From NCBI GenBank assembly GCA_964252035.1, contig OZ176202.1: a stretch of DNA of 64,000 bases. One strand, 5' to 3'. Shown here in pieces: positions 12,791-27,282 of this stretch. The position numbers and the translations under genes were made by a program. Source of the stretch: Podarcis erhardii. Lineage: Eukaryota. The notes beneath the pieces are model-generated. The model did no database searches and had not been told where the DNA came from. It saw nothing but the letters and a program-made list of their open reading frames with translations. Within the stretch, counting starts at the first letter, position 1. The number at the start of each line of letters is the position of its first letter.

Positions 12791-13017
12791 CAGTCATACT
12801 TAGGTTTTCGAACACCTTAGTCCTCAAATGTTTTGGCTCCTGAACGCTGGAAACCTGGAAATGACTGTTCCAGTTTGTAACCTTTTTTTGGAAGCTGAAC
12901 GTCCAACAGGGCTTCTGTGGCTTCTGATTGGCTTCAGGAGCTTCCTGCAGCAAATCAGAAGACGCGCTTTGGTTTCCGAACATTTTTGAAGTCGAACGGA
13001 CTTCCAAGGTACAACTG
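12791..13017. mobile_element. Tc1/pogo-like MITE (family B)
   Basis: TA|CAGTCATACTTAGG ... CCAAGGTACAACTG imperfect TIRs; repeated CGAAC/TGAAC motifs. Confidence 0.7.
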
Positions 13018-14691
13018 CATTTTCAATAACTGTTGCAAGCCTCTCTTCATTCATATCCATTTTGTTGCAGGGAGGAGTGTACAGCCTGCAGTGATTTATG
13101 TTAAATAAAGAAGCAGTTGGTTAGGTGATATATTTATTATAATGATACTTGGAATGACTTCTTCCTTTCTTTCTCAAAAAGATAATCCCAAGGAGCATAT
13201 AGTAGTAGCAAGACTTGTAAAGCACGGTTTGGAAAACACCATTCTAGACTATGTGAATTCTGTGTGAATCTGCAAATGTGCTGATTTACATTATGCCACA
13301 TGGAACTTCCAGTTTTGTGATCTGATCTATTTATGACTAGTTCAATATTGTAAAAAGCCTTCAGGCTCAAATGAATAGGAACATATTAAACTACAACATG
13401 ACATTCTAGTGAAATGTGATTGTTTGCCTCAATAATTCTCATTCACTCTATATTGAAAAAGGATGTGTCAGCATGTGGAGGGAAGAGTAATTAAATTAGA
13501 ATAGAGTGACAGCCAAGAGTAATACTAATAAGACTAAAATTGTAAAGCAATATGGTTAATGTTATGCAAATTAATATAATGAAAGCACCATTGCATTCTT
13601 ACTGGTGCTCTAGAGATGCTTACTGCAATTTTCCATGGACAGTTTAGTATAGTTGAAACAAAAACTATTGGTTTAGTGTATGCCCATATTTCAAACTGCT
13701 GGCACAACTTAAGAACACATAAAAAGGCAAAGGTACAAAAATGTAATAGATATTTAATTGCCTTCTGTTTTCTGTAAGAACAACATTAATTTAGTTAGTT
13801 GCAACGTATTTTGATAGGAATAAGTCTGGTATTCAATCGAATCTAGGACAACATCCTCTAATACTGAAATTCCCTTTAAAAGTCAGAGAGGTCTAATCAG
13901 TATAATTCCTGATTATGTGTTGGGAGACATGAACCTTCCAGGAACACTTTGTGTTCTTGTTACATTTCAATCTATGAACTGTTCACATGCTGCAGTACTT
14001 TGATTTTATGAATGTACAGAAGTTACATAAACTTTCGTATAATCATGGAAGTTGGTTATAGGTACTTCAAAGTTTCCTTATGCACTGAATCAACTGGCAC
14101 TTTGAGGAGGTTGCGATAGACTCCTCAAAACAAAATCCTTCAGAAAACATCAGCTGCTGCAACAAGTGTAGTCTTGTCAGCTCTCTTAGTAAAATTATGT
14201 CAGGGTGCTCTGTTATTGCTTGCCTCTTCAACGGTGGAGGAATGATCAATAAATTTATAAGAACAATATTGCCCCTAGGAGGAATGCAGCAAGAAAAATA
14301 TTTAAAAAAACAAAAAAGGACTTTCAGATCCAGAGTTGGACTTCACCAAGCGATGAAATAATAATAATAATAATAATTATCATCATCATCATTATCATTA
14401 TTTCCATTACACCTTTCATTGCCATGTGATCTCATTGTGGATTACATATTAAAAGCAAGTGCATATGCCATAACTTAGTAAAGTAATTGAGTTGGTTGGA
14501 TGTCACAATAAAGCATAGCTAATTGCACAGGTGGGCAACCTGCTGCACTCATTTGTGTTTTCTACAGATCAGTTACATTAATTGTGAGACATTGGTGTTA
14601 TATGCAGTATAAGGTTGGGAGGGGAGAGGGGGTAGTGTGGTAAAGCTTATATTCTTTTACTTAGTGTATGTGTGGAGTCTGTGTCAGCCTC

Positions 14692-14946
14692 CCTTCGGTA
14701 GGTTCTCTTTCTATTTGCTTGCTATCTTTCTTTGGTAATGAGAGAGGTTGGGGTGGCCTAGGGTGTGGTTGATTGTCTTTGGCTGGCCGCAGTGGGATTT
14801 GTTGGTGGGGGGTTGTTGGGTCAAGTTAGCCAGATTGATTTGCATGCTGTCGGTGGATTCTTCTTGTTGTCTTGTTGGGCTGTGCATGTTGATAAAGGGG
14901 AGCCATACCGACTGAAGACGTCCTCTTCTATTTGTCCCCATGTCAG
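14692..14946 (-). mobile_element. L1 LINE 3' fragment (ORF2 end plus 3' UTR)
   Basis: The minus strand gives GGGACAAATAGAAGAGGACG...TCGGTATGGCTCCCCTTT, matching a squamate L1 C-terminus of the GQIEEED..SVWLPF type with a frameshift. Confidence 0.55.
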
Positions 14947-14971
14947 TTTCAGTCTATTGGTTAGCTTTTCT

Positions 14972-15387
14972 TTTTCTTTTTAAAATAACCTTTTATTCAA
15001 AATTAAAACAAAACATATTATCCAGAAACATATCATCCTTATTCCCCCCCCCCATTTTTCTCCCTCCTTCTCCCTCCCCCCACAGAACCCACCCACCCCC
15101 ACCCCCGACTTCCCTCAGTTCCAGTCTTCGGTTTCTCTAAAAATGCTGTTTTCTGCATGTTACACAGTTGTATAAATCCTCAAACTATTTAGCTGATTAT
15201 TATCAATAAAAAGTTTGTGAATGTTTATTCAAAACCAGTCGAGTCCAGTTCGCTTTGTTGTGTCTTCAAGTACTTTGTAAAGGGTTCCCATTCATCTTTA
15301 AAGTCACAGTTATCCTAGTCCCATAGCTTGTATGTCAGTTTTGCCAATTCTGCATAGTCCATCAATTTTTATTGCCATGATTCTTTT
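14972..15387 (-). mobile_element. L1 LINE 3' fragment with a 17-bp TSD
   Basis: Minus translation KLMDYAELAKLTYK...FKDEWEPFTKYL; T-rich tail; TSD TATTGGTTAGCTTTTCT at 14955-14971 and 15388-15404. Confidence 0.88.
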
Positions 15388-17323
15388 TATTGGTTAGCTT
15401 TTCTAGTGAGCAGCTTAACCTGCTGCAGTTATGTGGTCTTCAGACTAATTGCTGGAGATGGAGCACTGCTCCCAAGAGCACTACAAAACTCTTTGAGGCA
15501 GTCCCTCTTTCTCCCCTGAACTGAGAGGAGAGCATGAATTGACTTAAACATAGAGGTTCTTTCCAGTGGAGAGAGCTCAGCCCACACACCACCCTTCCTG
15601 AGATGGGATGGTGAGGACAGTGAAGGATTTTGACAGCTGGGCTGGCCAACCCACCTGTCAACCATGTGATGTCATAGGGATGTCATGTGATTTTCCCTAC
15701 CAGAGCTAAAATGTTTCTTACACCCCTGGGATAAATTATGGTTTAAACTGGCCCATTTTCTCACAATTCAATTCAGAGAGGTAATAAGCTGTGGTTGACA
15801 CCATACTCGTCATACACATGTGCTATGCTTTATTTTGTTGTCACAAGGCACATTCAGAAGACCTTGGCATTTCAGTAAGAACTTGTTTGCAGTGCAGGCA
15901 TACCTCACGACTTTTTTTGTACAGGAGTGCTTGAGGAGTTCCGTCTTTATGAGTCCCTATACAAAAAAAAAATGGCCTGATCTTCACCTCTAGGGCTGAT
16001 AAAGTGATTGAAAATGAGCTATTCGCCACAGTTTGCGCTTCTCTGAGTATTGCAGAATTGTATCTGTATTAGTGTAAATGTATCAACTGATGTGTTTAAA
16101 CATGTATTATTATTATTTTAAAGCCAAAGATGTATTACATAGTATTTTGAGATTATTATCTCAAGAAAGAAAAAACAACCCCAAAACCCACAAGCTGTTA
16201 TTTAAATGGAAGGGAATTATGGCTAAACATGTGAATTTAAGTATGTGTAAAAACATGACAGATTAGATCACCCCTTTATTTCTCACATAGGCTGAAATTT
16301 TATGAAGGAGATTAGGCTGCACTGTTCTAGATATTTTCTCTAGAAGAGAAAATTACTTATTTTCTCACTCGTCTCTGAATGATCACTGATGCCTCTGTGT
16401 GCCCTTAGGGTTTAGGATATCTGCAGCCACCATGTATTCACGGTGTATCTTATATCTAGTTCTGGGAAAGTATATAAGGGAAGATGATATGCTGGAATCC
16501 CTTCCAACCCAAATAAAGTAGGTCACTTGCTTAAATGAAAGTTAAAATTAGAAATATTGAGGTTTAAAGGCAAGCCAGGCTGAACAAACGATGTTGTGAC
16601 ATTTTGTAGTGTAAGCTTTAATTATTCAAAGCAGAATTTTCAAGCCACTTGCAACCTGTCTCTAGAACAGCTGTAAGAGCCATATTGAAGATGAAGGTAA
16701 ACCTTAAAATCAATACCTGTCAAAACAGTTGTGATATCAAGTGTCATGTTTTGGTTGAAATAACCCCACTGCATAGCAGTTTCCGCTGCAAGTTGTAATA
16801 TGATAGGAGTGCAAAGGTAAGCTGATATCATGGAGTTCTGAATTCTGCTGTGCTTTACAAAACATCCCATTTCTGTTGAGAAGTAATAAAGAGTATTTAT
16901 AGATTATTATTTTTTTGAGGAGGAAAAGAATCACAAAAGACAAGCTTGATTTATTGCCTCATGAATTTCTCTTTATTTAGTTTGATAAAAACAAGCTACA
17001 GTGTAAAATAACCAAATCGATTCTGTTCCAACCCAAACAGATTTATGAATACAAATCGCAAGTAGTAAAACAGTGGTAACATAAAGCTGATTGCACTGAC
17101 AAAGTGTATAGGGGGTGGGGGTGGGAAAGAGGAAATGAGGGAAGGGGCATATTCCCTGAATTTTATAACTGATTTCCTCATTGTGAGCACCTACTGTCGG
17201 ATCTCATGGTAGCAGCATTGTGCAGGGTAGGATGTGTGTATGGAAGAGTTGCTTGAGGAATTCAGTCTTTGTCAATTCTGACATGAATCGACCCAATCCA
17301 TGCCTCCTGGATTTTAATCCAAT

Positions 17324-17514
17324 GGGGGCAGATCCACACCATACATTTAAAACACATCCAAAGCACATGACTTCCTCCAAAGAATCCTAGGAAGCGTAGT
17401 TTGCCCCGCTCAGAACTACAGTTTCCAGCAGCCGGAATAAATCACAGTTCTCAGGTTTCTTTCAGAGAAGTCATGTGTACTGGGTGAGCCTTAAATGTAT
17501 GGGGTGGATCTTCC
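17324..17514. mobile_element. MITE with 20-bp TIRs and a 3-bp TSD (PIF/Harbinger-like)
   Basis: GATCCACACCATACATTTAA / TTAAATGTATGGGGTGGATC with one mismatch; AAT on both flanks. Confidence 0.6.
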
Positions 17515-20500
17515 AATAGTTGGATTAAAATCCAAACCAGCTAATAACTCAGAGGGCATTTTAATTGAAGTTGACCATTAGAAGTCATCACCCTTGAGTT
17601 TTCTGTTTTTTGTTTTTTGTTTTAAATGTTATTGCCTGAAACTCTGTAGTACCCAAACAGTAATGGCTTTCTGGCTTTCTCTTGTTGTCCAGGGGATTGC
17701 TTATGTTCTACAAAATTTGCGCCTGTTTTGTTTTTCTCAGTTCAAATTCAGATTAGCTTTCTAAAATGCCTTTTCTTCCAAGACATTATGCCCTGTCCTG
17801 TATCTTTGACTTGCAAAGGGATACGTCTCAATTGTTTCCCAGTGGACAGGCAGATTCTTCTCTCAGGCTCTCCCCCGGCTCTTATGACTAACTTAGGTCT
17901 CTGGGAAATTGAAAAGATAGTAACAGAGTGATACCGAGGGCCTGGGAGGCATCTCAAATGAGAAAACAATGCCTGATCAGCAGTTTCATTTCATCCAAGG
18001 AAAGCTTTCTATCTCCCTGATATGTGTTATGACACAGAGAAGAAGGTAGGTGGAAATCCTCACAAAGCAGCAGCACTATAAAATATAGATGAAGAAATTG
18101 CTGAGGGTAGCACTAAAGGAGCAATAACTATATAGACCAGGGGTAGCCAACACGATGTCATGGGCTACAGCTCCCCAGTTGTCAGGAATGATGGGAGTTG
18201 TAGTCGAAAGCATCTGTAGGAAGAATAAAACTCATGAAAACATTTTTTCCCCTCCCCAAACAAGGTTTTTTTTTAGACATTGTCCTATAATTATACTCGT
18301 AGTTATTGGAGTGGAGACAGCATGTATAAAGTGATAAAGTATAGTTGTTCTGGGTGTAGATGCTCTTCTCCATCAGTAGAAGTTAAGTGGTCAGAGCTGG
18401 TTCTTTTCTTTTCTTTTCTTTTTCTTTTGCTAACTTCTTTTGCTAGCTTCCTGCTGTTGAAGTTATGTAGTTCTGCTTGCTCTCTTCTATTGCAATCTAA
18501 GGATTTGAAAAATGCATCTCTGTTTTATGGTAGGCTGGGAATCCTTCCTCAGCCGCCCAGCTAATCTAATACTCTATTAAAAGCATACTAACGAAATGAA
18601 AAAGAATGTGAGAATATTTTGGTTAGTTTGGTGTTTATATATGTTAACACCCTAAGGCGCCATCTTCCTAAGAACATGGAGGGAGCCCAATGTGACGTCC
18701 TGATGTCACGCTTGTACATTTGACTTCAACAATTGGGGGGGAGGGGCAAAGAGCCTCGGCCCCCTGGAGCCTATGTTAACACCAGTCTTGTAGTGTGGCA
18801 GCTAACAGACTTGACCTTGAATCTAGAAATCTGTTTAATCTTTTTCTGCCTGCCCACATCTGCCTTGCAGTCTGAAGAAAGCCATTCCTCAAGCCTTCAT
18901 GGGTAGTGTGTTATATATCATTCCCATTCCCATTATTTGGGTTCTGACTGACACAAGTCTTACTACCGAAGACTAGAGAGCACCTGTTTTGCAGGCAGAA
19001 GGCTCTGGGGTCAGGTACTGCTATTTTGCTTTGTTTCTCAGCAGTAAACTTGTGTACCTAAGATCTGCAAGCTTCATCTATCTTGCAGTCATACCTACTT
19101 GAGTGCCACTTTGAGTATTATAGCAGTAATGCAGCAAGCAAAAGGTGAGGCACTTCTATATATAGCCAGCTGATGGGTGAGGCATCCTGGCTCAGAATTT
19201 TAGACTGCCATCAAAAGGCAGTTTCTTATTTTTTTAACCAAGATAGTAGGAGGTTCCACTTGGTTTGTATCCTCTGCCTCAGGCAACAAAATGTTTTGGG
19301 CCACCTCTCCTTGTGCATCTGCATGACTGAGCCTTTGATAATACAGGAAGATGCTTTCAGTGATTCAAGCCAGTGTTCATATCTCATGTCTATACCCATC
19401 ACTCATGAAGAAAGTGCAAAACAAACAAACAGTTGGAACAAGCTGGAGTACTTTATGCCCAAGGGGGCAATGTTACATATAGGAAATAGACAGTGTCTGA
19501 GTATAGACACATTTTTTAAAAAACCTGTATAAACAATAATATAGACCAAGCAACTACAAGTGGCCGTCCAGATGTTGCTGGACTCATATCAGCCCCAAAC
19601 AGTATTGTCAATGTATTGTAAGGGATGGTGGAAATTATAGTCCAACAAAATCTGGAGGGTCATAGGCCCCCCATCCCTCATTTGAAGCAAAGGAGGCATA
19701 AGCTGTGTGTTCCAGTAAAACCAGATTTAGCTACATGTCATCCAACAGTGTCACACTAGAGCTAAGATTATCCAAATGGTTATTTTTGCAAGTAGGTTTC
19801 ATAGAATGAAGATTCTGCTACTGGTAGCAGTTACTGTGTAAGATTCAGACACACACTCAATGCTATGGCAAATGTAGGATCAGTATTCTAACAGACTGTG
19901 GCTGCAACTGAAGCCAAAGTTAAGTACCCTTAAATCCATTGACTTGAGCTGGCTTTCTCAGTCAATTGATTAAAATTTCATTGCTTTCAATACAAGTTAA
20001 ACACATTATATATTTGTGCTGGATTAATCATTGGCTGTCTCTAGTACTAAGGTAAACCATTTCAGAGCTATTATTAGCACCTCCTGCCAGATTTATCACT
20101 CAAGAAATTATGTGATATAAGGTTTGGGGGTGGGGGAAAGAAATCAGTGTTTCAGCACTGGGATGAGAAACACTTTGGATTTGTTTCAGTTCCACCTTAC
20201 CAACACAGTTCTGTGTGGCTATGTAGTGGTTATCCGTGTCCCACCCATTACAAACCTGTGTCTGGTTGGACAAATAGGTTGTTAATGTTCTGCCTAGTTT
20301 TGCAGGGCTGCTGTAACTGCCCAGTTGCTATTGTTTATGATGCTGCTGCTGTTGTTGTTTAGAGTATCTACTCTTTCCTTGGAAACAGGGGTGCCAACTA
20401 TAGGGGTCACATACACTGGGCACCCATAACCTGGGGCTCAGGTTGGCTCCTCTGCTTGGAAAGGAGCTGAACATTACCAAAATTCAGACTCTTCAAGGAA

Positions 20501-20881
20501 ATGTATTATTGGTTATTTTCATACCCAGAACTTGTTCCTGGTGCCACGTATAAATGCAAATACTGAAATCTTTGGAAATTTTTAGACTATGTATCAGTAC
20601 AGTGTGTTGCTTTCCTGTGGCACATTGGAAAGAATAGTTCTCCAAGTTCCTTGGAAGCAGATCTATATTTCTAGTAAAAATCAAATAAGGAGCTGAACAG
20701 AATACTATTACGCTGCTTCACACAATTTATACTGCAATCCTAAATGCATTTTCCTGAGAGTTAGATGTCCGGAGATACCACCCTAAATTTCTATACAAAA
20801 TTGTATTTATCTGATATATTGAATATTTATTTCCTAAGGAACAATGTTTCATTATCTTAAGGAACAAGTTATTTGCTCTAA

Positions 20882-21247
<366 letters not shown>

Positions 21248-23616
21248 TAATGATCTGAAATGAATATGTCATTCATAGAATGACCAAACAAATGTCCCAA
21301 AAATAAATAAATATGTTCCAAGTTTGTTGATGTGGTCTGGGATGAGCCAAGACTCCATATTATATTGGTCCCATGGCAAAGGAGAATTGCGGAAAATAGA
21401 CTGGCTTGATGCCTGGGATTTTCTGTGCTGAGTAAGGTAGGAATTTGGGAAATGTTTTCCAGCATTGACTGAGGCCAAGGCCTGTGTGTGACTGGTTTTC
21501 ACAGGAAAGAGGTCTTCCCTCTGGTCCATTCCTTAAACCATGTCCCCAAGATTAGCTAATGGTACCATTTATTTCAGCCACTTAGGACTGCACAATATGT
21601 CATGACAAACTAATATGTGCACCTAGGTACATTACATATTCTGTGCAACATATGAGAGGAAACAACAATTTTCTTTCAAACTGTGTGCATATTATAGTCA
21701 TCTGGTGCATGTGGACTGGGACCAACAGCATTTCACTATGGATTCTTACAGATTTCTAGTTAACATACAGTCCAATATTGTTTCTGTTTCATAGTTTATT
21801 GGATACTACATCAATTCATACATAACTTTATTTATATGCTGCATTTCCACAGTTCAAACCATGCTCGAGGCAGATTGCCACATGAAAAAAAGACATAACT
21901 GCAAGATAACAAAAGTAGTCATAAATATTTTAAAAATACAAACAGAACAATTCCCACATAAATCCCAAGCTATAAAATAAAGATACAGAATCAGAAACAA
22001 CCCCCAACAGCAGAAGCCTCCAAACAACACCCCAGCCCCAGAGTCTGTTCAGCAGATTCAGTTTTTTGTAGCTGGAGTCAGTCAGGGCTCAACTCTTGCA
22101 AGACAAGTAGGGAAGGTCTGCAAGGCAGGGAGCAGGTCTTCCAGGATTTACAGCTAAGATGGATGCCAGAAGGTGTCTGAATCAACTGCAAGTACACCTT
22201 CTAATTCTGTAATACGCGAATCCTTGCTGTAGTTTGATTCCAGTGACCCAGTTTTCCCATTGCACATTAAACATGGCAATTATTCTGTTGCTGTTTTTGA
22301 CAAGCGCAAGCACTTACACTGATAAAAGCATGGTGGCCGTGGAGATCATTATTAGATGGGATCTTAGGGTTCTTAATCAAGAAACTATCCTACCGAAAAT
22401 AGTTAAAGAAATCAGTTTACTCCTAGAGTTACTATCATTTGTAGGATTACCATTATTGGGGCAGCACAATTCATTAACATTGATCAGAAGCAGCTGGTTT
22501 CAATCTGGTACTCTGTGTGTGTCTCTTTGTGAGAAATCAATTCCGAGTTTAAATATTGATTTGACAAGTAATGTATATATCATTCTCTGAACTAAGGAAA
22601 GAAATTAGCTTATTGTGAAAACAAAGAAGGTGTCAAACGATATATTACTTAGGATGGGATATGAGTACAGTATATTGAGTGTTGTCTACCTGAGGAGGGG
22701 CAAATATGTCAATTCAGTTTCTCTTAGTTTCTTATTTTTCCAGTATTAAAATCTGTTGTCCAGATTTCCAAAGCAATTTGTGATTTTTTTTTATTTTCTC
22801 CTGAAAATTCGCCACCATTTTCATGCTAATTTCTCCTAATAAACACTTTTTTGTATTCAGTGTTAAGTGATCAACACATTTTTGCCAGGCATTTTCCTTG
22901 ATATAAAACTTTATTGGATGTTATTTTCACTAACATATGCATTTTATGCACTCGTTTTGCTACATATTGCTCTTACATATTGTTTGGTTAAAAAACTGGA
23001 TTGCAAAAGGATTCAGGGTTTCAGTTCATGTATTTGTTTGAATGTGAATTAAAATGCAAACAAAATAAAATTTCTCTCCCATCTCCAATTCTAGCTGAAA
23101 TTAAGCACTGAGTAAGCATGAGTTTAGGCTGCCTTCAGTTTAACTGATTTCATCTGGAAATGAAATTAATTGGCTTTAGAAGTGCTTAACTCTTGCTGGA
23201 TCACATAGCTTTCATTGTAATATAGTTCACATATATCGGTACATACTGAAATCTGAAAAAAATGTATAGTATTCTTATAACTCCTTTCTCTGTTAATGTT
23301 GCTGAGTCATACAAATCAGGATTATTTTGCTTATATTTGAAAATGGTTAACTTTTCAATTATTTCGCTTAATACTTAAAATTATAATAGTTCCTCTTGTT
23401 AAGTAATTATAAATGTGCTTACTAAACAAAACAGAATTGCAATTCAAATTGCCCAAACTGAGAATATCCATTTCCAGGGTGTTATTAGTGTCCTGCAGTG
23501 GTTTCCAGTAGGCTTTTTCTCTAGTATATCCAAATTCTCATTAAAAAGAGAATCAAACAGAAGTCCTCCCCTAGCCTTAGTCATTTGAAGTCCCCCGCCG
23601 AGCCACACCATTACAT

Positions 23617-24100
23617 CACTTCTCCTTTTCTTTTCGTTTTCCATCCATTTTTATTAAAAGTTTTCAACATAAACTACAATTAAAAAATCACACTTACCTA
23701 GAAAAGAAAAAACAGAAAAAGCAAGAATAAGGAAGGGAAGGGAAGAAAGAAGAGAAGAACTAATGCCCTGTATCAAAATTATTCCACACACAGAAGAGTG
23801 AACCCTCCCAGTTCTCTCACCTGGGAAATTCCACCTCTTCCCACAGCCTCCTGCCCTGGAATATCTTCTCTTCCCTGCCCCTCGGACAGAGCCCTTCATC
23901 TTCAATTCATCGCTTTCCTTTGTGCATCGTCCTTAATCCAATTATGTCTGCCAATTATGTATATAACAATTATTTAAAATGTTCAGAGTATGCACTCCAG
24001 AATGATATCCAGCTATTTCTCCATTTGCTAGGCAGTGTTTTTACAACTTTCATTCCCAGTCCTCTCGCATTCACCAAAAAAGGGTCCAAAATAAGCGCTT
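23617..24100 (-). mobile_element. Probable L1/Tx1-type LINE 3' fragment
   Basis: T-rich left end (TTTTATTAAAAG) and purine-rich 3'UTR-like composition resembling the other L1 ends; protein similarity is weak. Confidence 0.4.
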
Positions 24101-25131
24101 CAAACTACAGTTTCTCTAGCAGTCTGCAGGTGCTTCCTAGGTGCTCATGAGAAGACAATCCTTAAAGGTCAATGGAAGCCTTGGAGTAAAGAAAAAATAA
24201 TAATGTTTCATAAGATGGTCAGCATATTTGCCTTTAGTACCTTAGCTGTAAGAGAGGATACATGTAAAGCTTTCCTTTCCTTTTTCTTCAGGCCCTATTT
24301 GATCTTTCAATTATGAGCATTAGGTTGCCTTTTTCTTAGAGGTAGCAGAAGTCATCTGGATGCACAGATCAATGCCATGGCTAATATGTAATTATCTACA
24401 TCAGTGCAACAGCTTCCTTTGAATGTTTCCAAATTCTGCGAGCTGACTTGATGAATTGCCAGTTTGGCCCAGATATGTATGATTTAATGATAGCAATGGG
24501 ATGTTTTAAAATGTCAGTGCAGAGCATATAATTTCAATAAACGGCTAATAAAATACAAACAATAGGCTACAGATGTCTGAGGGCAGAGGTCTTTAGAAGT
24601 AGCTTTGACTGCTTTACTTTTTTGTTTTGCTGAGCTAAGGAACTGGATCACTGTGCATATTTATTTATTTTTTAAATCCCCAAGAATTATAGAAAAATGA
24701 CATCTAATAGAGAACCAGTAGTGACTTTGCAGATACTTTTAATAAGGCTTAGTAAATAATGTATGGTTCATTTGGAGCTGTCTAAAGCTGCAATTTCCTT
24801 TAACTGATAAGCCTTACATAATGTGGCTGGAAATGACAATATGTCACTTGCAAGAGCTTTATAATATGCCAGTCAAGTTTTTAATTGTATCTATTCTTTT
24901 GCTGGTGATAAATTGCAAGGGAAAGCCACTGAAGGAACAGGGGAGAGGAAATCCTGGCACTTCTTAATGACTCCCTCATGTTTTGTAATATTCAAAATAT
25001 GAACCATGTTTCCATCAGTTACGTTGCAGTACACCAAAGTAAAATGAATCTTGAAATGTTATCTCGAACTAGGACCATGCAGCATGAGACTGAGCAGAAC
25101 AGTCTTAATAATCTGAAATCAGGGCCTAAAT

Positions 25132-25380
25132 CAGGGGTCAGCAACCTTTTTCAGCCATGGGCTGGTCCACTGTCCCTCAGACCACGTGGGGGGCAGACCA
25201 TATTTGGGGGGGGGGAATGAACAAATTCCTATGCCCCACAAATAACCCAGAGATGCATTTTAAATAAAAGGACACATTCTACTCATGTAAAAACATGCTG
25301 ATTCTCGGACCATCCACAGGCCGGATTGAGAACGCGATTGGGCCGCATCCGGCCCCTGGGCCTTAGGTTGCCTACCCCTG
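25132..25380. mobile_element. hAT (Charlie-like) MITE with an 8-bp TSD
   Basis: CAGGGGTCAGCAACCT...AGGTTGCCTACCCCTG TIRs; TSD GCCTAAAT at 25124-25131 and 25381-25388. Confidence 0.92.
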
Positions 25381-25745
25381 GCCTAAATGGTCCCCAAGAC
25401 TTTTTGTGCCTTGAGAGCCTTTAATAAAAATGATCTTGGACAAATTTGGTAATATAGGAAGATTTTATTAATACATTTGCAAACGGGTGGCTGCAGCATA
25501 AAGAGACAGTAACCACAAGGATCAAGAGGTTACACACAACTTTTAAAGCCCCTAAGTCCCTCTTTCCCCTCCCTCACAGAGAAGGTGTGGAAAGTCCCAA
25601 CTAGTAACAGCACCCCTATTTCCCTCATCAATCATAATACAAATATGGTAGTTTCCATAACACATTTTAACCACAAATGTTCCATTGCCACGCTTCACCT
25701 TTATCTGACCTTTTGTACAAGTGTCAATTTAGCAACAGGTGTTAA

Positions 25746-26088
25746 CCACAACATTGTATGTGTGACCTTCACACCTCAGTCCAGTATACCTGAAGGAGTG
25801 TCTCCACCCCCATCGTTCTGCCCGGACACTGAGGTCCAGCGCCGAGAGCCTTCTGGCGGTTCCCTCGCTGCGAGAAGCCAAGTTACAGGGAACCAGGCAG
25901 AGGGCCTTCTCAGTAGTGGCACCCGCCCTGTGGAATGCCCTCTCACCAGATGTCCAAGAGAAAAACAACTACCAGACTTTTAGAAGACTTCTGAAGGCAG
26001 CCCTGTTTAGGGAAGCCTTTAATGTTTAATAGACTATTGTATTTTAATATTTTGTTGGAAGCCGCCCAGAGTGGCGGGGTATAAATAA

Positions 26089-26134
<46 letters not shown>

Positions 26135-26135
26135 G
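25746..26135 (+). mobile_element. L2 LINE 3' fragment with an (ATT)n tail, 18-bp TSD and 5' filler DNA
   Basis: Translates to PVYLKECLHPHRSARTLRSS...RQRAFSVVAPALWNAL...FRRLLKAALF; TSD TTTAGCAACAGGTGTTAA at 25728-25745 and 26136-26153. Confidence 0.9.
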
Positions 26136-26929
26136 TTTAGCAACAGGTGTTAAACACCCAACCTTGATATGTGGAACTTTTGTGTTTATGCTGACTACAC
26201 ACTGCGTCCTGTGATCTTGGGCATTTTTGAACCTGTGCTGTACTTTCTGCTTTTGTGGTTAATGGTTAACTTAGCTGCTAGATTCATGCCTTCAGAACTT
26301 GCTTTTATGTGAGAGGAGCAAAACAGAGCTTTTAATACAGTTATTCACTTTATCATTTAAGCTATAGGTAAAGTGAATGGCTATAGGTGCAGTCTGTTAC
26401 ATGTGCTGAATAGAAGTGAACTAAACATCTTATTTCTTATAAGCCATGAAGAGGCAACATTTATCATTTCTCACACTTGTTAAGTTTTATTTATCTCTCT
26501 ATTACCACACCACTTGCTTGATAGGTATGAGCCACTTAGTGAGTGCCATTTGGTTATGAAAATTAACTGAGGCTGCAGTCCTTTACTCCAGAGGGCACAA
26601 ATGTGGCATCTCCTTGAAGAGTTCCTTTGGTGCAAGGAGCACACACAGAGAGGCACCTTTGTCAGAAAGCGGCAAGTTCTTCAGCCCTTAAAAAGCTGCA
26701 GGAAGAAGCTTGAAAAGTGATGTTTCCAAATTCCTTTTTCAGCCTTCTTTACATTTTCAAGGCTCAGATCGGCAACCAAGCCTTGGACCACTGTTTTCCT
26801 GGTGCCAGCGAGCAGCAGATCTCTGGTTTTTACTACGTGGTCTACCAAAGTCATTCCAGTTTGATGCTGCAGTGTGCTTCTGCATGTGTATGTGCATGCA
26901 CGTGAATTCTATCTGTCTACAGGGAGGAC

Positions 26930-27282
26930 GGGACACGGGTGGCACTGTGGGTTAAACCACTGAGCCTAGGACTTGCCGATTAGAAGGTCAGCGGTTCAAA
27001 TCCCCACGACGGGATGAGCTCCCGTTGCTCGGTCCCTGCTCCTGCAGTTCGAAAGCACGTCAAAGTGCAAGTAGATAAATAGGTACTGCTCCGGCGGGAA
27101 GGTAAACGGTGTTTCTGTGTGCTGCTCTGGTTAGCCAGAAGTGGCTTTGTCATGCTGGCCACATGACCCGGAAGCTGTCTGCAGATAAACGCCGGCTCCA
27201 ATGGCCAATAAAGCAACATGAGCGCTGCAACCCTAGAGTCGGTCACGACTGGACCTAATGGTCAGGGGTCCCTTTACCTTTT
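26930..27282 (+). mobile_element. Sauria SINE, full length, with a 12-bp TSD
   Basis: tRNA head, core and ACCTTT tail; TSD TACAGGGAGGAC at 26918-26929 and 27283-27294. Confidence 0.93.
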
